A stretch of DNA of 47,107 bases, taken from the IMG/VR virus record IMGVR_UViG_3300033069_001366, positions 1-47,107 of that record. The stretch is one strand, 5' to 3'. The notes below the pieces were generated by a model, which worked only from the letters and a program-made list of their open reading frames with translations, made no database searches and was not told the DNA's origin. The position numbers and the translations under genes were made by a program. The DNA is from a virus. Its lineage: Duplodnaviria; Heunggongvirae; Uroviricota; Caudoviricetes. This document shows positions 36,759 through 46,800 of the stretch, piece after piece (within the stretch, counting starts at the first letter, position 1; the number at the start of each line of letters is the position of its first letter).

Positions 36759-37169
36759 TTAAATTAACTTCTTCCACCACAACCATCCAAGAAGTCTAAC
36801 AAATACATATCTTAAATAATTATCAAACTTGTTTCCATTAATTTTATTACTCCAAATAAGCATTTCTTTATCTACTTGTGCTCTTGTTAAATTATGAGCC
36901 TCTTGATGTATATACAAATAATCGTGTATTAAGGTAGCTAGTAATGCATCATTAAATGGTCTTATTAATGACCATAATAATTTTGGTATAGTTGCCATAT
37001 CATAATAAAAACCATATGGTACTGTAATTACCTCCTTATTGGAAAGTAATATATGTATGGATTTTATAATCTTCCAATACTTTTTAGACTTATAACTATA
37101 CACATGTGACTGTTGAATAACATCATCTTTTAATAGTTTTTCAACACAATTTTGTAATGTTACTACCAT
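36759..37169 (-). CDS. DUF1353-like protein
   Basis: ITVPYGFYYDMATIPKLLW...ATLIHDYLY...R.QVD......Y..VR..G. Confidence 0.75.
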   Translation of the reverse strand: MVVTLQNCVEKLLKDDVIQQSHVYSYKSKKYWKIIKSIHILLSNKEVITVPYGFYYDMATIPKLLWSLIRPFNDALLATLIHDYLYIHQEAHNLTRAQVDKEMLIWSNKINGNKFDNYLRYVFVRLLGWLWWKKLI

Positions 37170-37633
37170 TATAACTGATCTATTAATTGTTTACCGTAAG
37201 TTATTGCTGCATCTCTAGCTGTGAAATTTTCATTTCGTCTTGCTGTTATACCTGCTGCGACTGTTTGCCATAATGCATTTTCTGGTAAATTACCATCTAA
37301 ATCTGGTAAAATACCATTCATCATTTCTGATGTAATACCTGCAACCATTTGTGGTTGTAATAAATCCATCATTTCTGCATTTATCATTGTCGCCTGACCT
37401 TCTGGAAGATTTGTAAGAATTGAAAATATATCAATTATTTCCCAAGGATGTACATCTATGTCAAACATAGCATCCATATCTAAATTATTCTGCAGTTGTG
37501 TTTTAATACGATTTGTTAATTTATAATATTGCTCAATAGATTTATTTCTTAAATAATAAGCAATATAATAATAATGTTTTGCTTTAAGTTGAATCGTTAT
37601 CATATTTAATAATTTTAGTAAATTGCTGCCCAA
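37169..37633 (-). CDS. Hypothetical protein (probable start 37603)
   Basis: 154-aa ORF between tail genes. Confidence 0.55.
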   Translation of the reverse strand: MGSNLLKLLNMITIQLKAKHYYYIAYYLRNKSIEQYYKLTNRIKTQLQNNLDMDAMFDIDVHPWEIIDIFSILTNLPEGQATMINAEMMDLLQPQMVAGITSEMMNGILPDLDGNLPENALWQTVAAGITARRNENFTARDAAITYGKQLIDQL

Positions 37634-40500
37634 TATTGTTGCTGAACTTGTGTATATGTTGATGCAGTTATACTCGAAGGAAGTGCTACAACTGTTGTTT
37701 TAACTAACTGTAAACCTAAACCATTAGAAAAATCACCAGATTGTACATTAGAGTTTACAACATTTGAACTAATGCCTATTGTTGGGGCTGTAGTAACTGC
37801 ACTATTACTATATAACAACCCTATATAATATAAACCAGGAGAAGCGGCATATGTTGAAGAAAATGCTTTTGCACCAAAAGTATTACTTGCTACAGTTTGC
37901 CACAAATTACCATCGTTTGCACAGGATGCAACAAGAGTTAATGTTCCACCAGAAACTGTATACAATCCCACTCTATTTTCATTATTTGCTGTATAAGATC
38001 CCAATGTTCCTTGATACCATTTTACACCTGTAATTGTTTGAGGTGTTTCGAGATATATTGCAATTAATGTAAGCCTACTATTATTTGTAGCACCAATTGT
38101 TGCAGCACTACCAATATTATGCATACCCATTCCAAGAGATTGAGCTTTTACTGTAGAACCCATTGCTGCATAAGCTCTTATTAAATGATTCTCTCTACCT
38201 GAATCAAATTGAGTTTGTATAGCACTAGTTACACCTTTTACATAACTTAATTCTGTAAGAGATGGATATGTAGCAGTTGTTAATGTGCTTATTGTATTTG
38301 TACCTGACCAATAAGTTAATTCATTTGTAGTTCCTGTACCAAGTGGAAGTGTTCCAGAAATATTTGGAAGTGTATAGATTCTATCTGCAGTATTTGCTGT
38401 TCCATCAAATGTTCTAATATAACCATTTTGACCTATCCAACTAAAAGCATGTGAACTATTAGCAAATAATCTAAAACCACTAACTGGTGTAGGAGGATTA
38501 GAACTTTGTGCAATTGCACCAAAAAATCCAGCACCAGCAGTTCCTGTTAAAGAACCACCAACTAAAGGAAATGCATCTGTTATACCATATCCGCTTAACG
38601 TAGTAGGTGTTCCTGTTATTTTAGACCAAGCTAAAGAAGTAATCCAAGAAGGATTTGCGTATGAACCAGATGTTGAAACGTCACCAGTTGGAATAGATTG
38701 TGTAGATAACTGACCTGTTGCACTTGCAGTTACCATTCTGGTCCCTACACCTGCAAGATTTCCAAATACAATATCACCAGATGTATTCTCCCATGCTCTA
38801 TGTGTTGATCCATTTAAACTTGTGAGTATAGGGTTATAATAAACACCTCTTAGTATTCCAGAACCAAAAGTACTTTGTATATACTGGGGATCAATTAAAA
38901 GTTGCGTAAAATTAACAGTATTTGCAACTAAACTAGATTGTACTGTTGCTGCAATTCTAAATGATGCAACAGAATCAGAACCTCCAATAGCGCGTCCAAG
39001 TCCTTGTGTAAAAACATAATTTGTGATCCCAGCAGCCCCACCACCCAAATTAAATTGGGCAATATTTCCATTACCAGCCCAAAATTGTAATTGATTACTT
39101 CCGGGATAAATACCTGTTTTATTACCTACACCGGTACCACTAGCGATTCTAATACCACCATTTGCAAGTACTTCTCCATTTACATCTAGTGGAAAATTCG
39201 GAGTCGCTCGATTAATTCCTACATTTGTACCATTATCAAATATTTGACTATCTGTTAGTGAACTTGCTCCAGACCATTTAGGAAGATAATTTGTTGTACC
39301 TGAACCACTTAATGTAGATGGGGCACTATTAGTAATAGTAAAGTTAGGGTATGTACCAGTTACAGACACTCCTGTTCCTGCTGTTAGAGAAACAGTTTGA
39401 TCTGGTGCAGAGTTAGTAATAACTCCTGTTAAGTTGTTATAAGATATACCTGTTCCTGCTGAAAAAGAAGAAAGTGTGGTATATCCAGCATCGTTTGTAA
39501 AAATAGAAACATTAGGAGGAGTGGATAACCAAGCGCTAAATACTGGATCACTTTCAACTGTTAAATACCCAGCTAAAGAGTGGTCACCCCAAGAAAATGC
39601 AGCGTCCCAATCAGAAGAGTTATTAGTAGTTGAAAACCAACTACTTGCTGTATAAATAGGATCTGTTTCTGAAATAGGTGCAAAAGTTAGAGTTCCAAAA
39701 CCATCTGTAGTTAGTACATATCCATTAGAACCATCTGACGAAGGATATAATAGTCCATTTATTACAACTCCGTTATCCCAAGTAATGACATTATTTAATA
39801 AAGGATCAATTAATCTTCTATTATACCAGTCTACTGATGTTCCATATATTCCATCAATTAATTCCCTAGTTTCCCAATTTACTGATGATGAAGCATTTGA
39901 TGTTTTTAAAATTCTATTAGTTATATCAATAGCTGTATCTGAGTTGCTAGGACCTATTGAAGGTATATTTATTATACCTATATTTCCACCATCGTTATTA
40001 ACAGTTAAAACATCTCCTAATCCTACTGATATCAGATAACCAACATCATTATTAAATTCTGAAAGATTAGGAACTCCAGATAACCATGCTGTAAATACAG
40101 GGTCACTTTCTGGTCCACCACCACCTCCTCCTATTGTTTGGGGTTCCCACTCTGTTCCGTTCCACACAGGTACTTGTCCTGTAGTGGCATTGCTTTGAGT
40201 TAAATCTAATAAACTATGAGTGTGAGAGATAGGTGCATATAATCCTGCATGGTCACCCCATGAATATGCTAAATCCCAATTTGTTATATCTGCAGCAGTA
40301 ATATCGTGGGCTACAGAATTCCTAAAATAGGGATCTGTTTCCTCTGTTTTTATTTTGGAGAGATAACTACACATTTTTTTAATAACAGTAGATAAATTCT
40401 CCCCTTTTCCAACAGGGAAACAGAAACCTGTTTCACAATCATTTACAACCTGAGAAAAAGGTGTTTCACCTTTATTCAGAATTAGATACTTGTTGCTCAT
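37615..40500 (-). CDS. Tail fibre protein (961 aa), G/S/T-rich
   Basis: E(T/S)DP repeats, WDxAxSWGDH repeats, GTTNYLPKW, NVGINRATP..PLDVNG, AWSKITGTPTTLSGYGITD fibre motifs. Confidence 0.7.
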   Translation of the reverse strand: MSNKYLILNKGETPFSQVVNDCETGFCFPVGKGENLSTVIKKMCSYLSKIKTEETDPYFRNSVAHDITAADITNWDLAYSWGDHAGLYAPISHTHSLLDLTQSNATTGQVPVWNGTEWEPQTIGGGGGGPESDPVFTAWLSGVPNLSEFNNDVGYLISVGLGDVLTVNNDGGNIGIINIPSIGPSNSDTAIDITNRILKTSNASSSVNWETRELIDGIYGTSVDWYNRRLIDPLLNNVITWDNGVVINGLLYPSSDGSNGYVLTTDGFGTLTFAPISETDPIYTASSWFSTTNNSSDWDAAFSWGDHSLAGYLTVESDPVFSAWLSTPPNVSIFTNDAGYTTLSSFSAGTGISYNNLTGVITNSAPDQTVSLTAGTGVSVTGTYPNFTITNSAPSTLSGSGTTNYLPKWSGASSLTDSQIFDNGTNVGINRATPNFPLDVNGEVLANGGIRIASGTGVGNKTGIYPGSNQLQFWAGNGNIAQFNLGGGAAGITNYVFTQGLGRAIGGSDSVASFRIAATVQSSLVANTVNFTQLLIDPQYIQSTFGSGILRGVYYNPILTSLNGSTHRAWENTSGDIVFGNLAGVGTRMVTASATGQLSTQSIPTGDVSTSGSYANPSWITSLAWSKITGTPTTLSGYGITDAFPLVGGSLTGTAGAGFFGAIAQSSNPPTPVSGFRLFANSSHAFSWIGQNGYIRTFDGTANTADRIYTLPNISGTLPLGTGTTNELTYWSGTNTISTLTTATYPSLTELSYVKGVTSAIQTQFDSGRENHLIRAYAAMGSTVKAQSLGMGMHNIGSAATIGATNNSRLTLIAIYLETPQTITGVKWYQGTLGSYTANNENRVGLYTVSGGTLTLVASCANDGNLWQTVASNTFGAKAFSSTYAASPGLYYIGLLYSNSAVTTAPTIGISSNVVNSNVQSGDFSNGLGLQLVKTTVVALPSSITASTYTQVQQQYWAAIY
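39470..40345 (-). repeat. Degenerate internal repeats in the tail fibre
   Basis: ETDPYF..WDLAYSWGDH; ESDPVFTAWLSGVPNLSEFNNDVGY; ETDPIY..WDAAFSWGDH; ESDPVFSAWLSTPPNVSIFTNDAGY. Confidence 0.85.
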
Positions 40501-40651
40501 CTTTGTTTTCTTTTACTGGAGGCATTTGTGCTCTCCTATTAAGTTCCTCATTTATAGTCCTTAGGACTTGTTGTGATCTCTCAATAGAGGTCAATTGGTC
40601 ATAGGCAATAGCCTTTAGTTCAGTAATACTGTACTCATTTAACTGTTTCAT
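40472..40651 (-). CDS. 59-aa coiled-coil protein (below cutoff), possible fibre chaperone
   Basis: MKQLNEYSITELKAIAYDQLTSIERSQQVLRTINEELNRRAQMPPVKENKDEQQVSNSE*; A-rich leader AAAAACCAAATATATG. Confidence 0.65.
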   Translation of the reverse strand: MKQLNEYSITELKAIAYDQLTSIERSQQVLRTINEELNRRAQMPPVKENKDEQQVSNSE

Positions 40652-40666
40652 ATATTTGGTTTTTGT

Positions 40667-40864
40667 TTACTCTTCTATAATAGGTTCTTCATAGTTAACT
40701 CTACCTTTTTCTGCAGACCCATGCCAAGGATCTTCGATAAAGGAACCTAGATTATCAGCTATACACTCTTGATAAAAAGAGTACATGTCTTCATCTTTTA
40801 AGACAAAGAGGTAATCATAATAAGAGATACTAATCGTCATCCCTGTTGGTAATTGAATATTCAT
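40667..40864 (-). CDS. Small acidic hypothetical protein; probable start 40864
   Basis: ATG directly after the stop of the giant protein. Confidence 0.55.
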   Translation of the reverse strand: MNIQLPTGMTISISYYDYLFVLKDEDMYSFYQECIADNLGSFIEDPWHGSAEKGRVNYEEPIIEE

Positions 40865-40865
40865 A

Positions 40866-43800
40866 TTATTTAAGTCTAGCTTGTAATGATTCAAAGTTTC
40901 TAATATAGTATGCAGGGTCTGCCATTGATCCAGTATAACCTAAAGATTTTAGCAGATAATTTACAGCTTTACTATTTATCTTATCTTCATCTGTACCAAA
41001 CCAATATGAACCCATATTTTTCTGGTAAAAAATTGTTTTTTCATTAATTGGTAATCCTAGATAATAACCAATTGTAGCTAATCCAAGAATTCCAAATCCA
41101 ATACCTCCAAGTACTGTATTTTTAGGTAAAGCTAAAGGGTCTAGTACGTTTCTTGTTAACTCTGTTAATCCTAATCCTGCAACAGGTAAAGGTATAAAAG
41201 CTGTATGTTCTGCATACGAACGAAGCATAATAAGAATCATTATGTTTTTTAACCATGAATTATCTTTAAGTTTTTTGTTCCTATCAGGATCATCATAACC
41301 TAGTCCAAATTCAATTAAAAACAAAAACATAAAAGCAAATCCTATATCTATAGCTCCTCTTAACATATTTCTTTTTTGTAGATCAGATGCTGTAGCATAT
41401 ACAGCAACACCTTTCATAGCTTCTTTTAGACTTCTTTGGGAATTAAGTTCCATAAAGAATATTCCTGCAGATTTAGCAAGAGTAGTATAGTACCCTTGAG
41501 TCATTTCCTCAAGTACAACATCATAACTCTCTCTACCCATTCTTCTAGTAAAATAAGACACAAACCATCTTTTCATATTCTCAGCAAGTTTACCTACTGC
41601 ATATCTAGATGCTTCAGTTTGTGAAATTTTAGCATAGTTACCATGAAGCTCATAATTAATATTATGTATTTTTGCTTTTATTCCATTAAAAGCACTACCG
41701 TTTCTTTGAACTACTAACTGAGTTCTTTTATTATCATTATCATAAAACTCCTCAATTATTTGTTTTCCATTAGCATTTATTTCATAAGGATACCATTTTT
41801 CAATCCTTTCTTGCTGTTTTCCATTCTCATCAATATATCTTACAATTTGCTCTTCATAAAATCCATCTTTTAAAACTAAGGTATCCCCTTCTTTTTTATA
41901 GATGTCATATAAAGGATACATTTTTCCATCTATTTGATTTTTAACTTTGATTCTATCCATTATACCCAGTGCCATAGCTGATTGAGCCTGAACCTCACCT
42001 GTTGTTCTAAAAGAAATAGCTATTCTAGAAAAGTTACTAATAATAGCCTTTGGAGATGTTCTTCCTGCAATACCTTCAACAAATTCACCATGTACAAAAT
42101 CATAATAGTATGATAGAAGGGTAAGATAGTTAAAATTAGATGTTTTAGTTAAATCATCTGCTAACTCAATAATAAGTTTATCAGCTTTTAACCATCCATT
42201 TAAATAGTTTGTTTTACCAAGATGAGCACGACTAAAAGACTCAATTATATTATTGACATTAGCCTGAATGTAGTTAATTGCACCACCAATAGGGTCAATC
42301 ATTAATTTTAATGCAGTCATTTTAGTTACGAAATTAACTGCTCTTTTAAAGAATTGATGATTAGTAATGTTATCAGGAGATTCTTCTAGAATCATTTGTT
42401 TATATAACTTATCAACTAAATCTGTCATTTGATGTTTTTTGTTTACACCAACTTGATAAGATTTCATAACATCTCTAAGCGATTTTACAAATGGTTCTAA
42501 ATCTTGTCTAGCATCAAAGTCTGAAGAATTATAAATGTACATGCTTAAAGCATGCATTACATCTCTATTAACTTTATCAACATTAGTTTTTCTAGACATT
42601 CCTAATTTTATTACAGGGTCTAGATTTTGTATTTTTCTTTGTGTATATTCGTCTACATCATATTTATTGTCAAGCTCATCTGCAATTTCCTCATCAGCTT
42701 CTTTATTTTTTCTAAAAATATCTAACAACTGATCTGCTTTAAGTTTAACCTGACTTGGTGTTTGCATTAATTTTTGGTAAGAATCCAAATGAGTTACAGG
42801 AAGATTCAAGAAAGTTTTTATTCTATCTGGTTTCGATTCCTGTTCTTGTAGATAAAATTTTACGGATTTATTAAGATAATCCATTAGTAATTTATCTTTA
42901 GGGTCTTGCGAATTTCTTAATTTATAATATTCCTCATTTACATATTTAAAATCTGTAGAGCCTTTTGCAATAAGTTGTTCTTTAGATAAAGGTAGAAAAT
43001 CATCTTCACGATTTGACATAGTCCACTTGGTCATGTCATCTTCTGTTTTATAATTAACCTGTTTATTAAGATACTCGTCTTTAACCTTATACTGTCTGTA
43101 CTTTTTATTTGGAATAAGTTGTCTATATTTAGGATCTGTTGGAATTTTACTATTTGTTATAGCTTTTCTACTCATTCTTAAAGCAGATGCTTTTATAAAA
43201 TCAGGACCGTCCACAGTATCAACTTTAAAACCTTTTACAAAAAGATTCTCTTCATTTATATCATATTTTTTGTAATGGTAAAATAAAGAAAACATACTTT
43301 TTAAATCCTGACTGGCTTTATCATCAGGAAATATATTTTCATTTTGCATAAAATCAACTAAATCTAAAGAAGAAGAATCAAAGTTTAATTTTCCATTTTC
43401 ATCAGCATAAAAACCATTTGATATAGCATCTACTAAAGATAAATTTCTAGAAGCTACTGCAGAAATAAATCCTTTTCCGTATACATCTCCTTTGGAATTT
43501 TTACCATATAGAAAAGCACCTAGCGTTTGTTTTAATTCCTTTGTTAAACCTTTAGAATCACTATTATAAAACTGTTCTAATTTTTCTGAAATTGAATCTA
43601 AGAAATCTATATATTCATTAGTACCTATATCTGTTTTCATTTCAGAAACAGATATAATTTTATCCATAATTTGTTTATACTCAGGGAGGAATGCACCTAT
43701 CTCATTTAGATTCCAATACATTTCCTTAATTATATAAGTTTGATCAGCAATTATCTCAAGGTCAGCTTGACTATAACCTATATTTTTGTCTAAATGTGAT

Positions 43801-46800
43801 TTAACTTTATTGACTACTGCTTCACAAGTCTTCTCATATTCGGCAAAATCTGATGAACCTCCTATAATATTAGGTCTTCCTTTTTGGGATTTTACTTTTG
43901 AAAGTATTGCAATTGATTCTTCAACAAGTTCAATTCTATCAAAAAGGTCATCTTTATTTATGAATTCATGAATATTTAATTCTCCATCTTGATTTGTCTT
44001 TGACCATTTTATTTTATATAGTTCTTTATATAATTCAGTTCTAAGCTCATCTACTTTAGTAAGTCCAACTTTTGACTTTAAAGCATCCATTTCATCACCA
44101 ATCTTTTTTAAAGCCTCTTTAAATTTTTCGTTACCAACTTCTATTATATTTCTAGAGTCCCATCTCCTCATTATAAAATCAATAATGTCCTCTCTATAAT
44201 CTTCATCTTCATCTATATCATATTTTTCTGTTAGACGAGCTTCTGCATTAGTTATATCTTTATAAATTGCAACTAATTTAAAGTTGGAGTTTAATTCAAC
44301 ATTTATATATTTTTCTAACTCACTAATAGTTTTTTCAGTTTGACTACTATTAATAAAATTTTCAATAGTATTGACAACCTGATTTTTAAACCTAACACCT
44401 GCTGTATTAACAAGTCTCATAGATTTATCAAGGTCTATCTCAAAATATGTATTTCTTTCCTCAAAGTATTCTCTTAAAATTGGATTGTCATCTACAAGTT
44501 TTTTTCTTTCTAATAAAATTTTACTTAAAGCATCACTATCCTCACTACTAAGTGATTGATTACTTCTAGTAAATCTATGAATTTCTATTGAAAAATTATC
44601 ATATTCAGTCTTTATCTTTTGAAACTCTTCATTTTTTTCCCATTTATTTTCAAAAGCTTCAAATCTTGAATCATAAAGCCCATTAAAGTATTTTTTCATA
44701 AGTACTCTAAATTCTTTCTTTAATTCTTTTAAAGCTTTATAATTTTCATCTGATTTATCATCATTATATTTTAATTGTGCCTCTTGTAGTTTTTCAGATA
44801 GTTTAGCTTTATCAATATATATCTGATTCAGATAAGGTTTTTGTAAAGTTACAATAGCTCTTTTAAAACCATCCTTTTCTTTACCATCTGCTTTATCATA
44901 CACATAGTCAATCATTGTAATACTTTCTCCTGCCTTGTAATTATCAATGTTGTATTTTTTTAGTTCAGATAAAACCTTGTCTAATTCATATCTTACATTA
45001 AGCATTTTAGCTGCAGCAGTTGTTTCTGCTAAAGTTCTTCTTTTATATATGTGTGCAGCTACTTGTGCAAGAGTAGTATTATAGTTTTTATGTGCTGCTT
45101 GGAAAAGATATGTAAATCCAGAAACTGCATCAATATCATCTTTTCCTGTAATATAATTGTATACTTTCTGTCTTTCTACAAAAAATAAATCAAATTTCTT
45201 AAAGAAATCTTTCACAACTACTTTATCATAAGTAGCTTTATTTACCTTTAACTCTTTTAATCTTTCTTTAAGTAAATCAAGAGCATCTGCTTTACTCATT
45301 GGTTTTTTTACATATACACCTTTTTCTTTTACTCCAATAAGGTCTTCTGTAAATTTTGTAAAAGCAGCTTTAATTAATTCACTATCAGGGTCTTTATTAT
45401 ATTTAATAAATGTGTGAGCTAATGCCTCTGCATAATGTTTAGAAACTACAGCATTTTGAACAGAGTGCATATCATTAATAACATTAGTTAGTTTACTAGT
45501 AAGTTTTCCAATTAATATTGTCTCAAGTGAATTTAGTTTATTTACGGTTGTAGTTATAGTAGTTACAACTAATAGATTCTCATTCATTGGATCACTTTCC
45601 AATATATCATTTAGAAACTGTAAAAGATCTCTATTAATTATTCCAGAAAGGGCGTTATTTAAATCCCTATATGCGGATATTTCTTCAATACTATCAAAAT
45701 CTGTTTTACCTGATTGTTGTACTACTTCATAAATACTATCTGCAAAATCAGATAATTCTACTAAAGCAAAAAGAAATGATGATACTGATTCTGCTAAATT
45801 TTTAGCTTCAGCTTGTATAAGCTCTGGACTTCTATTTGATTTTTCTGGTGAAAAGTCTTCTAATCTTCTTGATATAGCTCTAATTTGGTCAAATATACTA
45901 GTTAATTTTTGATAACCTGTTTCCCCAGTCTCTTTATTTTCATACTCTTTTAAAGCTCTTAATTTATCTTCTCCTACTAATTCTTTTAAATAATTATTAA
46001 GATTCTTATTAAACTTTATTATAACATCTTTTAATTTATTAGCCTTTTCTGTACTTCTAGATTTCATTAAAGCTTCTTTAATTCTTCTAGTAGACTCAAG
46101 AATATCCATATTTCTTTCTTTACTAAAGAAAACATTATTTTTTAATGAACCATCTACTGCTTGTCTCAGATTAAGAAGTTTTGTCTCTCCCTCTAAGATA
46201 GATTTTGCAAAAGATTGATATATCTCATCTATAGACGCATCATCTATACCCTGTAATCTTTTAATTAAATTCTTTACCCATTGAATAACTCTTTGAATTA
46301 AAGAATCTCCTTTCTTTGCTTTGGTTAATAATTCTATTCTTGAGTAGTCATTATTTGCTATAGCAAATATATATTCTCCTATAAGTTGGGCTACAGCTTC
46401 TCTTTTAATTTGTTCAGTACTAGGATATACATCTTTATATTTTTGAAATACAACAGAGTATATTGGGTAATCTACAATTCTTTTAAGAACTGCTTCTTTA
46501 AGAGGAGAATCTTCATCTAATAATTCAAAAAAGAAGTGAGAAACTTCCTCAGGCATTGCCTGTAGTTTCTTGCCTTCTTTAAGTTTTATTAACATGTCGG
46601 TAATATAAGCAATACCATTTTCGCTCATATTATTATCAAATTGAATCTTTGCTTCAGGTGAGATATTTTTAAAGAATGTTTCCAGAATACTATAAGTTGC
46701 AGGGGATACAGAGGGTTTTTGGAAAATTATATCCATCTCTTCATCTGTAAATGAAAAGTCATTTAATAGTTTAGACATTTCACTTATATCTATCTCTGTA

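Noticed and set aside
33574-43971. Short ORFs inside tail and giant genes (33574, 33668, 33988, 34327, 37851, 39785, 41436, 42535, 43786)
   Set aside because: They are antisense or out-of-frame shadows of long coding genes.
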